A stretch of 17,196 nt of DNA, taken from assembly GCA_938084645.1 (NCBI GenBank), contig CALKEP010000077.1, positions 1 through 17,196 of the forward strand, written 5' to 3'. Below are positions 1 through 8,022 of the stretch, one piece after another. The position numbers and the translations under genes were made by a program. The first letter of the stretch is position 1, and each line of letters opens with the position of its first letter. Source of the stretch: an uncultured Phycisphaerales bacterium (lineage in GTDB: Bacteria > Planctomycetota > Phycisphaerae > Phycisphaerales > SM1A02). Under the pieces are notes generated by a model. That model was not told where the DNA came from, did no database searches, and was given only the letters and a program-made list of their open reading frames with translations.

Positions 1-630
1 TCATCCGATCCCATCGGGAATCACGTACGGCCCCGGCTTGGTGACCCGTGTTCCGCAGTTCCCGCACTGGTTTCGGGAATCGTCGGCCCAGAACGCCTCC
101 ATCGCGTCGCGGAAGTGGACCACGATGTCCTTGCAGTCGAACGCCTGGTCGTGGACGAGATGGCCGCAGTTCTCGCAGTAGAAGATCTGGTGCTCGATCT
201 CGCCTTCGGGGCGACGTCGTTCGACGACCAGACCGAGCGTGTCGGCGGGGCGGCAGGGGGCGTGCGGGACGTTCGCGGGGATGAAGAAGGTCTCGCCCTC
301 CCGGACGAGGTGGTCGACGATCTTCCCGTCCTCCCACGTCTTGACGACGATGTCGCCCTTGATCTGGATGAAGAATTCCTCGCTGTCGACCTTGTGGAAG
401 TCGTTGCGGGCGTTGGGCCCGCCGATCACCATCGCGAAGAAATCCCGGCCGCTGTAGAGGTACTTGTTGCCGACCGGCGGCTTGAAGTCGTCCCGGTGCC
501 GGGCCGCCCATTCCAGAAGGTGGAGCGGGCTGCTCACCGATCCGTCTCGCTCGAATCCGTCCGGCTCCGCGGGCGTGTCGGGATTCGACGCCGCGTGGTG
601 GGATTCGGATGCGGTCGCGTGGTCGGTCAT
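1..630 (-). CDS. nbaC: 3-hydroxyanthranilate 3,4-dioxygenase (cupin, kynurenine pathway)
   Basis: Motifs KPPVGNK, VIGGPNARNDFH, SEEFFIQIKG and IPANVPHAP (His/Glu/His iron ligands), VERRRP, and two CxxC pairs (YCENC, QCGNC) of the rubredoxin-like site. The first ~30 aa are low complexity, so the true start may be later. Confidence 0.93.
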   Translation of the reverse strand: MTDHATASESHHAASNPDTPAEPDGFERDGSVSSPLHLLEWAARHRDDFKPPVGNKYLYSGRDFFAMVIGGPNARNDFHKVDSEEFFIQIKGDIVVKTWEDGKIVDHLVREGETFFIPANVPHAPCRPADTLGLVVERRRPEGEIEHQIFYCENCGHLVHDQAFDCKDIVVHFRDAMEAFWADDSRNQCGNCGTRVTKPGPYVIPDGIG

Positions 631-681
631 GAGTTGGCCTCCGGGCGGGATTCGAAAGGTCGCATCGCTGGATCCGCACGA

Positions 682-709
682 CCTCCCTCAGGGTAGCCGG
701 GGAGGGAGG
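682..709. promoter_or_regulatory. 8-bp inverted repeat in the divergent promoter region (possible operator or hairpin)
   Basis: CCTCCCTC (682-689) and GAGGGAGG (702-709), 12 nt apart, between the divergent starts at 630 and 747. Confidence 0.25.
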
Positions 710-746
710 CTCGACGCGAGCCCGGATCTTCGCGTACCGTCGAAAC

Positions 747-1262
747 ATGACCTCCACGCCGCACGAGACCGATTCCGATTCACCCGTCGCACACGGGTCG
801 GACGCCGTCGGTTGGACGGCCTGGCCTGCGGCCGAACGTCCGCTTCGAACCGTGATCCTCCTGATCTTCATCGCCGCCCTGTCCGTGCTGGCCGGCATGA
901 TCGGGGGCGACGTGCTCTGGGCCGCGACGGGTGCCGCACTGCTGCTCGCGACGTTGAACCGCTGGTTCCTGCCGACGAGTTATCGATTCGACGACGATGA
1001 CTTCGAGGCCGGCTTTCCGCTGCGGCGCCGATCGGTCAGGTGGAAGGACGTCCGCCGGGTCGTCATCGATCCCGACGGAGGCTGGCTCTCCGCACGGCGG
1101 GTCGAATCCCGACTGCGGGCCGGTGCGGGGTTGGATCTCTACTGGGGACGCGAGCCTGAACAGGCGATGGACATGCTGATGAGCGTGGCGGTCGCGAAGC
1201 GCGATGCGGGGGTGCCGATCGAGATCGCGGATCGGCGAGCCGGATCGAAGGGGGCCGCGTGA
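747..1262 (+). CDS. Hypothetical membrane protein, two TM helices plus a bacterial PH-like beta domain
   Basis: Two hydrophobic segments (VILLIFIAALSVLAGMIG; VLWAATGAALLLATL), then PTSYRFDDDDFE...RRSVRWKDVRRV, typical of bPH/YcxB-like domains. The stop overlaps the next start (GTGA). Confidence 0.75.
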   Translation: MTSTPHETDSDSPVAHGSDAVGWTAWPAAERPLRTVILLIFIAALSVLAGMIGGDVLWAATGAALLLATLNRWFLPTSYRFDDDDFEAGFPLRRRSVRWKDVRRVVIDPDGGWLSARRVESRLRAGAGLDLYWGREPEQAMDMLMSVAVAKRDAGVPIEIADRRAGSKGAA

Positions 1263-1717
1263 GCGAACGGAAATCGATCAAGGATCGAATCAGGCACGCC
1301 TTCGCGATCGAGGACGCGGCGGATTTCGAGCCGACGGAACGCGAGGCGGCGGCCGCGGAGAAGGTCTGTCGCGAGGTGGTCCGCCGTCGCATGACCGTGC
1401 CCGCGGTGATGCTGCTCGAGATGTCGAGGCCGCTGAACTACCTGGGCGCCCAGGCCCTCCACTTCTTCCAGCCCTTCGGAACCGTGCTGATCGAGCCCGG
1501 GAGCTGGGAGACGTTCGCGAACTTCCTGGAGCGGCGGGGATCGGTCGAGTACCTGGCTCGCCTCATCGAGGACGTCGAGGCCGAGCGGGTGGACGCCGAG
1601 AAGGCGGATGCCTCCGCCCCGGCGGACGAGTCGGCGACCTCCGGAGGGGAGGCCACGGGCGCTTCGGCGTCCGAGGACGATTCCAACCCCGTCGATACGC
1701 CGCCGGATCACCACTGA
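1259..1717 (+). CDS. Hypothetical small helical protein with an acidic disordered tail
   Basis: GTG start overlaps the upstream TGA. Protein-like core (PAVMLLEMSRPLNYLGAQALHFFQPF...FANFLERRGSVEYLARLIE) with GC3-rich codon usage. Confidence 0.75.
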   Translation: MSERKSIKDRIRHAFAIEDAADFEPTEREAAAAEKVCREVVRRRMTVPAVMLLEMSRPLNYLGAQALHFFQPFGTVLIEPGSWETFANFLERRGSVEYLARLIEDVEAERVDAEKADASAPADESATSGGEATGASASEDDSNPVDTPPDHH

Positions 1718-1834
1718 ATCCACGGAGCGCGGCCTGAATCGGGTACCTTCCTCAGAATCCCGAAGAAGCTCCGGAAGCCATCGGCTCCCTGGCTTTCCCG
1801 CCCGATCCAGCCCCCAGACGATCCCGGACGACGC

Positions 1835-3703
1835 ATGCACGCCGACCCTGACGTTCCAGCCCTCGACCCCGACCGAATCAAGGTCATCGTCGCCACCGAC
1901 TGCGGCTCGACCACCACCAAGGCGATCATGATCGAGGAGGTCGACGGCGTGTACCGCCAGACCTTCCGCGGTGAGGCGCCCACGACCGTCGAAGAGCCCT
2001 TCGCGGACGTCACGGTGGGGGTGGTGAACTCGGTCACCGAACTCCAGGAACTGTCCGGCCGCCGGTTGATCGCGGACGACGGGACGATCATCCGTCGGGC
2101 GTCGATCGACGAGAAGGACGGCTGCGACATCTACATCTCCACGTCGTCCGCGGGCGGCGGCCTGCAGATGATGGTCGCCGGCGTGGTCCGTGAGATGACC
2201 GCGGCGAGCGCGAAGCGGGCCGCCCTCGGCGCCGGTGCGATCGTGATGGACGTGATCGCCAGCAACGACAAGCGTCGTCCCCACGAGCAGATCCAGCGGA
2301 TCCGCGAACTTCGTCCGGACATGGTCCTGCTCTCGGGTGGCACCGACGGCGGCAACTCGACCCAGGTCGTCCAGCTCGCCGAACTGGTGGCGCCCGCGAA
2401 GCCCCGCCCCCGATTCGGCAGCGCGTACCAGCTGCCGATCATCTTCGCGGGCAACGCCGCGGCGCAGGACGAGATCGAACGCGTCTTCACCACGCAGGAC
2501 GACGCGACCGGCGGATTCGACCTCTCGGTCGTGGAGAACCTCCGCCCGACGCTCGAGCAGGAGAACCTCGGGCCCGCTCGCGACTGCATCCACGACGTCT
2601 TCCTCGAACACGTCATGGCCCACGCGCCCGGCTACGACAAGCTGATCGAGTGGACCGACGCTCCGATCATGCCGACGCCGGGTGCGGTGGGGGACATCCT
2701 CCAGACCATCGCCCGGACCCAGGGGATCAACGCGGTCGGCGTGGACATCGGTGGTGCGACGACGGACGTGTTCAGCGTCTTCGACGGCACCTTCAACCGC
2801 ACGGTGAGCGCCAACCTCGGAATGAGCTACTCCATCTCGAACGTCTGCGCCGAAGCGGGGATGGACGACGTCCTCCGCTGGGTGCATCTCGACATGGAGG
2901 AGCGGGAGCTCCGGAACCGCGTCAAGAACAAGATGATCCGGCCGACCACGATCCCGCAGTCCGGCGAAGCGCTGGTCTTCGAGCAGGCGGTGGCCCGCGA
3001 GGCGCTTCGCCTCGCCTACCAGCAGCACAAGGAATTCGCGACGACGCTCAAGGGCGTCCAGCAGCAGCGGACGGTGGGCGACGTGTTCAGCCAGGAAGTC
3101 GGTGGTTCGAGCATCGTCGACGGCATGACGCTCGATCTGCTCGTCGCATCCGGCGGCGTCCTCAGTCACGCTCCGCGGATGCAGCAGACCGCGATGATGC
3201 TGATCGACGCGTTCGAACCCGAAGGTTTCACCACGCTGGCGAAGGACTCGATCTTCATGATGCCGCACCTCGGCGTCCTGAGTTCCGTCCACGAGAAGGC
3301 CGCGATGGAGGTCTTCGAGCGGGACTGCCTGGTGATCCTCGGAACCTGCGTGGCCGCCAAGGGCCAGGGGAAGCTCGGCAAGCCGTGCTTCTCCTACAAG
3401 ATCACCGGGGGCACGACGGCCGACGGGGCGCTCGCCTTCGGCGATCTCGCGATGGTGCCGCTCGCGATGGGAGCGACCGCGGACGTCGAGGTCACGCCCG
3501 CCCGCGGATTCGATCTCGGCAACGGCCCGGGCAAGTCCGTCACCCGCAACGTTCGCGGCGGGGCGGCGGGGATCATCCTCGACGCCCGGGGCCGGGCCCT
3601 GCAGCTTCCCGAGGACCCGATGGAGCGACGACGGGCGGTGACCCGCGTGGTCGAGGCGTCCGGCATGTACGACGATCTGGAGCTTGCGCCGAACGGCGCG
3701 TGA
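1835..3703 (+). CDS. glmL: GlmL (glutamate mutase L)-family ASKHA-fold ATPase, long form with C-terminal extension
   Basis: Phosphate-1 motif TDCGSTTTK, GlmL signatures SSAGGGL and LLSGGTDGG, MPTPGAV, phosphate-2 motif VDIGGATTDVFS, RTVSANLGMSYS, adenosine motif ASGGVLSHAP. Confidence 0.85.
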   Translation: MHADPDVPALDPDRIKVIVATDCGSTTTKAIMIEEVDGVYRQTFRGEAPTTVEEPFADVTVGVVNSVTELQELSGRRLIADDGTIIRRASIDEKDGCDIYISTSSAGGGLQMMVAGVVREMTAASAKRAALGAGAIVMDVIASNDKRRPHEQIQRIRELRPDMVLLSGGTDGGNSTQVVQLAELVAPAKPRPRFGSAYQLPIIFAGNAAAQDEIERVFTTQDDATGGFDLSVVENLRPTLEQENLGPARDCIHDVFLEHVMAHAPGYDKLIEWTDAPIMPTPGAVGDILQTIARTQGINAVGVDIGGATTDVFSVFDGTFNRTVSANLGMSYSISNVCAEAGMDDVLRWVHLDMEERELRNRVKNKMIRPTTIPQSGEALVFEQAVAREALRLAYQQHKEFATTLKGVQQQRTVGDVFSQEVGGSSIVDGMTLDLLVASGGVLSHAPRMQQTAMMLIDAFEPEGFTTLAKDSIFMMPHLGVLSSVHEKAAMEVFERDCLVILGTCVAAKGQGKLGKPCFSYKITGGTTADGALAFGDLAMVPLAMGATADVEVTPARGFDLGNGPGKSVTRNVRGGAAGIILDARGRALQLPEDPMERRRAVTRVVEASGMYDDLELAPNGA

Positions 3704-3710
3704 ACGAACC

Positions 3711-4844
3711 ATGGCCAAGGCCTACACCCCCGGACTCAAGGTTTCCGCCCGCACCACGCATCGCACGCGTCGGCTTCTGCCGATCCCCGGCGAGGTGAAG
3801 GTGGCGGTCGGTGACGTGGTGAAAGCGAACGACGTGGTCGCCGAGACCTTCATGGACGGCGACATCACCCCGATGAACATGGCGAACCGCCTCAGCTGTT
3901 CCGCCGGCGACGTCGCGGGCCTGATGCTGAAGGAGATCGGCGAACCGGTGAAGGCGGGCGAGCCGATCGCCCGCAGCAAGGGGATCTTCGGCGCCTTCAA
4001 GACCGAAGTCACCTCCGATGCGGACGGGACGCTGGAGCAGGTCTCCTCGGTCACCGGTCAGGTGATGATCCGCGGCGCCGCGATTCCCGTGCAGGTCCGG
4101 GCCTATCTCTCCGGCACGGTCGTCGAGGTCCTTCCGAAGGAAGGCTGCATCATCGAGAACGACGTGATGTTCGTGCAGGGCATCTTCGGGATCGGCGGCG
4201 AGACCGAAGGGGTCATCCAGGTCGCCTGCAGCGGTCACGGCGAGACGCTCGATGCGGACGCGATCACCGCGGACATGAAGGGGGCGGTGATTCTCGGCGG
4301 TGCGCGGATGACCGCCGCCGCCCTGCGGAAGGCGATCGAGGTCGGCGCCGCCGCGGTGGTCTCCGGCGGACTCGACGATCAGGATCTCAAGCAACTCCTC
4401 GGCCGCGACCTCGGGGTCGCGATCACCGGCAGCGAGACCATCGGCATCACGGTGATCGTCACCGAAGGATTCGGCGACATCGCGATGGCGGCTCGCACCT
4501 GGCGATTGCTCGCGGAGCGTGCCGGCCGGGTGGCCAGCGTGAACGGCGCGACGCAGATCCGCGCCGGCGTGATGCGACCGGAGATCCTCGTCCCGCTCGA
4601 AGCGGGTGAGAACGAGAACGAGATCGATCCGACGCTGGCCCGCGAGGCCGGCCTGCTCGAACTCGGCACCACGGTTCGCGTGATCCGCGATCCCTACTTC
4701 GGACTTCTGGGCGAGGTGTCGGCGCTGCCGGCCGAGCCCGCGGTCCTCGGCTCGGGCTCGCGGGCCCGCGTGCTCGAGGTCCGCTTCCCAGGCGGTGACA
4801 CGGCGGTCGTCCCCCGTGCCAACGTCGAACTCATCGAGGGCTGA
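3711..4844 (+). CDS. Hypothetical soluble protein with barrel-sandwich-hybrid (lipoyl-like) repeats and a C-terminal KOW/SH3-like motif
   Basis: ATG at 3711 (MAKAYTPGLKV), 7 nt after the glmL stop. Motifs VKVAVGDVVKANDVVA, KEIGEPVKAGEPIA, SDADGTLEQV and AYLSGTVVEV, then the KOW-like GTTVRVIRDPYFGLLGEV. Confidence 0.85.
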   Translation: MAKAYTPGLKVSARTTHRTRRLLPIPGEVKVAVGDVVKANDVVAETFMDGDITPMNMANRLSCSAGDVAGLMLKEIGEPVKAGEPIARSKGIFGAFKTEVTSDADGTLEQVSSVTGQVMIRGAAIPVQVRAYLSGTVVEVLPKEGCIIENDVMFVQGIFGIGGETEGVIQVACSGHGETLDADAITADMKGAVILGGARMTAAALRKAIEVGAAAVVSGGLDDQDLKQLLGRDLGVAITGSETIGITVIVTEGFGDIAMAARTWRLLAERAGRVASVNGATQIRAGVMRPEILVPLEAGENENEIDPTLAREAGLLELGTTVRVIRDPYFGLLGEVSALPAEPAVLGSGSRARVLEVRFPGGDTAVVPRANVELIEG

Positions 4845-4847
4845 CGC

Positions 4848-6263
4848 ATGAAGAGACCACCATCGCTGCCTCGTTCGACACCCCTGTCCGCCCTGACGGC
4901 GGTGCTGTCGCTGCTGTTGATGGCGACCGCGGCCTTCGCCGCGCCACCCGCGCCGACCGATGTCGAGGCGAAGGATCTTCCGGCGGACGGCGGCGGTTCG
5001 GCGCTGGTCACCTGGAAGATCCCGGCCGACGTCGAAGGACTCGAAGGCTTCCAGGTCTGGCGAACCGAGTCGGTGTCCGAGGCGAGCAGCCGGGGGGCGA
5101 ACGAACGCGCCGCCGCGCTTGAATCGCTCCGATCGCAGGCCTACGAGAACGAATATCGACGACTGGTGGACGTGGAGGGGATCGCGCCCGAAGACGCCGC
5201 GGTCCAGGCGCGGGCGGTCGCCCGCGAGGCGGTCATCGGCGATCAGGGCGACGTGACCCCGGCGGAGACCGGACCGAACGGTCGATTCTGGGTGCTGGTC
5301 GACACGGTGTCCGCGGATGACGACCGACTCCTGGTCGGCCAGCTCTCGGTGTCGGACGAATACCAGTTCATCGTCTACACGGTGGTGAAGAACGCGGATG
5401 GATCGGTCGAGAAGAGCGTCGCTTCCGCGATGACCGGCATGGTCCTGCCCGTGGCGAGCTTCGTCGACGTGAAGCGACTCCCGTTGCTGGTGATCCTGGT
5501 TCTGCTCTGCGGTGCGGTGCTCTTCTTCATCTTCTGGGCCCGAAGCGGTCGGCCGATGACCATCCGGAAGATCGCGGGCCTCTCCGCGGTCGACGAAGCG
5601 GTGGGCCGGGCGACGGAGATGGGACGACCCATCCTCTATGTCCCGGGCATCCAGGACATGGACGACCTTCAGACCGTCGCCGGCGTCACGGTGCTCGGTC
5701 GGGTCGCGAAGACCGCGGCCGAATACGACGCGAAGATCGAAGTGCCCGTCAGTCGATCGCTGGTCATGAGCGCCGCTCGTGAGACCGTGCATTCGTCTTA
5801 CCTCACGGCGGGCCGGACCGACGCCTACAACCCGGACCTCATCTACTACGTGACGGATGAGCAGTTCGGATACACCGCCTACGTCTCGGGACTGATCGTT
5901 CGCGAGAAGCCGGCGGCCTGTTTCTACATGGGCTGCTTCTACGCGGAAAGCCTGATCCTCGCGGAGACCGGCAATTCGGTCGGCGCGATCCAGATCGCGG
6001 GTACCGCGATGCCCAGCCAGCTTCCGTTCTTCGTCGCGGCCTGCGACTACACGCTCATCGGCGAGGAGTTCTTCGCCGCGAGCGCCTATCTCTCCGGGCA
6101 GCCCGATCAGCTGGGAAGCCTCAAGGGACAGGATGTCGGAAAACTCATCGTGGCCGCCGTCCTCGTCATCGGCTGTCTTCTCGCCACCGTCGCCGTCGTC
6201 ACCGAGAACGAGTCGCTCGCCGGAGCACTCGCCTGGTTCAAGGACTCGGTCCTGAGCGCCTGA
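4848..6263 (+). CDS. Membrane protein: signal peptide, fibronectin type III-like domain, TM, DUF6754-like domain, TM
   Basis: Signal peptide ending AAFA|APP. FN3 hallmarks PPAPTDVEA, LVTW, GFQVWR, L...EYQFIV. TM LPLLVILVLLCGAVLFFIFW, then IRKIAGLSAVDEAVGRATEMGRP...LPFFVAACDYTLIGEEFFAASAYLS, which I recall as DUF6754. Confidence 0.85.
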   Translation: MKRPPSLPRSTPLSALTAVLSLLLMATAAFAAPPAPTDVEAKDLPADGGGSALVTWKIPADVEGLEGFQVWRTESVSEASSRGANERAAALESLRSQAYENEYRRLVDVEGIAPEDAAVQARAVAREAVIGDQGDVTPAETGPNGRFWVLVDTVSADDDRLLVGQLSVSDEYQFIVYTVVKNADGSVEKSVASAMTGMVLPVASFVDVKRLPLLVILVLLCGAVLFFIFWARSGRPMTIRKIAGLSAVDEAVGRATEMGRPILYVPGIQDMDDLQTVAGVTVLGRVAKTAAEYDAKIEVPVSRSLVMSAARETVHSSYLTAGRTDAYNPDLIYYVTDEQFGYTAYVSGLIVREKPAACFYMGCFYAESLILAETGNSVGAIQIAGTAMPSQLPFFVAACDYTLIGEEFFAASAYLSGQPDQLGSLKGQDVGKLIVAAVLVIGCLLATVAVVTENESLAGALAWFKDSVLSA

Positions 6264-6273
6264 GGAGCTACAC

Positions 6274-6975
6274 GTGAAACGAATCGTTCCATTGTGGATC
6301 ACGGCCATCGTCGGCGTCGTCCTGATCGTCTCGAACTTCCTCCCCGGGGCCCGTTCCTGGGGCGAGGAGGCGACGACCTGGTTCGGCATCATCGCCGCGG
6401 TCGCGTTCATCCTCGGTGGCGGCAGCCTGCTCAAGGTCCACCTGAAGAAGATCTCCGATCGGAACTCAGGCTGGGCCTACTCGCTGATCGTGCTGGGCAC
6501 GTTCTCCGCGACGCTGGCGGTCGGACTCTTCAAGCTCGGCGTCTCGCCGAACCCGGCGTTCCCCGACGTCCCGTGGAGCGGTGACGTGCAGGGGCAGGGC
6601 ACGCCGTTCTGGTGGGTCTACGAGTACGTCTTCAAGCCGCTCACCGCGACGATGTTCGCGATGCTCGCCTTCTACATCGCATCGGCCGCGTTCCGGGCCT
6701 TCCGGGCGAAGAACTTCGAGGCGGTCCTGCTTCTGGGCACGGCATTCATCATCCTGCTCGGCCGGACGTTCGCCGGGTACTTCCTCACCAGCTGGATTCC
6801 GGTCGACGGCCCCTTCAGCGGGCTGCGGATCGAGGAGATGAGCGTCTACATCATGCAGGTGTTCAACACCGCCGGAAACCGGGCGATCATCATCGGCATC
6901 GCCCTCGGCATCGCCAGCACGAGCCTGAAGATCCTCATGGGTCTCGATCGCTCCTATCTCGGTGGAGGAGACTGA
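6274..6975 (+). CDS. Hypothetical polytopic membrane protein (about 6 TM)
   Basis: GTG start preceded by a GAGGAG Shine-Dalgarno. About six hydrophobic segments. Motifs LAFYIASAAFRAFR and RAIIIGIALG. Confidence 0.85.
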   Translation: MKRIVPLWITAIVGVVLIVSNFLPGARSWGEEATTWFGIIAAVAFILGGGSLLKVHLKKISDRNSGWAYSLIVLGTFSATLAVGLFKLGVSPNPAFPDVPWSGDVQGQGTPFWWVYEYVFKPLTATMFAMLAFYIASAAFRAFRAKNFEAVLLLGTAFIILLGRTFAGYFLTSWIPVDGPFSGLRIEEMSVYIMQVFNTAGNRAIIIGIALGIASTSLKILMGLDRSYLGGGD

Positions 6976-6978
6976 CCC

Positions 6979-8022
6979 ATGAATCTCATCGACCGCATGG
7001 CGAACATCGATCGCCGCTGGATCTTCCTGATGATGGGACTCGCGGTGGGGATTCCGATCATCGTGATCGGCCTCACCGGGCGGACCCTGCCCGAAAAGGC
7101 GACGCCGCTCGCCCAGGCCGCCTTCGACGTCCTCGACGACCTGGACCCCGGTTCGAAGATCCTCATGGCCTGGGACTTCGATCCCGCCAGCGAGGGCGAG
7201 CTCGGGCCGATGGCCACCTCGTTCATCAACCAGTGCGCCCGCAAGGGACACAAGATGTACTTCATCGCCCTCTGGCCGGTTGGGGCCCAGATGATCCGGT
7301 CGAGCACCTCGCGGGTGATCGGCGGCTACTACCCGGACCTCGTGTACGGCGAGGACTGGGTCGATCTCGGATTCAAGGCGGGGAACGAAGCGGTCATCAA
7401 GACGATCGTCACCGACTTCGAGCAGTACTTCCCGACCGACGCCCGCGGCACCGCGGTCGGCGAGATTCCGATGATGTCCGGGATCTCGAGTCTCGCGGAC
7501 TTCGACGCGATCGTGAACGCGAGTGCCGGCTACCCGGGCAGCAAGGAATGGGTGCTCTACGCGGCCACGCCGCTCAAGATGCCGCTGGTCATCGGCTGCA
7601 CCGGGGTGCAGGCCCCGCAGATGTATCCGTACGTGCCGATCCAGGTGCAGGGCCTGCTCGGTGCGATCAAGGGTGCGGCGGAGTACGAGTCGATCGTCAA
7701 CAACTGGGTTCGTCGTGATCGGATGCGGGAGACGCTCGAGACCGGAGGCGTCCCCGACGCGAAGGCCGAGACGCTCGCCGCCGGGTTCCTCGCCGATCCC
7801 GGGGCCGCGGAGACCTGGACGACCGGGGCCGAAGCCGCCTCCATGAGTCCGGCCGCGAAGACCGACCTGATCACGCTGGCGACCGAACCGACGCCCGGGA
7901 TATTCCTCGAGGCGCAACGGAGGATGGGGCCGCAGCTGGTGGCCCACCTTCTCATGATCGGCCTCATCATCGCGGGCAACGTGGTGTTCTTCGCGACCCG
8001 CCGCCGGGGAGGTGCTCGATGA
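6979..8022 (+). CDS. Hypothetical membrane-anchored protein (TM, alpha/beta domain, TM)
   Basis: GGAGG SD lies in the end of the upstream gene. N-terminal TM follows DRR; motifs DFDPASEGEL, YGEDWVDLGFKAG and GLLGAIKGAAEYE; C-terminal TM followed by RRR. Confidence 0.85.
   Translation: MNLIDRMANIDRRWIFLMMGLAVGIPIIVIGLTGRTLPEKATPLAQAAFDVLDDLDPGSKILMAWDFDPASEGELGPMATSFINQCARKGHKMYFIALWPVGAQMIRSSTSRVIGGYYPDLVYGEDWVDLGFKAGNEAVIKTIVTDFEQYFPTDARGTAVGEIPMMSGISSLADFDAIVNASAGYPGSKEWVLYAATPLKMPLVIGCTGVQAPQMYPYVPIQVQGLLGAIKGAAEYESIVNNWVRRDRMRETLETGGVPDAKAETLAAGFLADPGAAETWTTGAEAASMSPAAKTDLITLATEPTPGIFLEAQRRMGPQLVAHLLMIGLIIAGNVVFFATRRRGGAR

Noticed and set aside
1835..3703. DNA mismatch repair MutL
   Set aside because: Name collision only: the motifs are ASKHA/GlmL, not GHKL.
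1139..3718. 859-aa minus-strand ORF
   Set aside because: Antisense shadow of glmL and its neighbours caused by GC3-rich codon bias; Arg/His-rich with no recognisable motifs.
3573..6434. 953-aa minus-strand ORF
   Set aside because: Antisense shadow of well-supported plus-strand genes.
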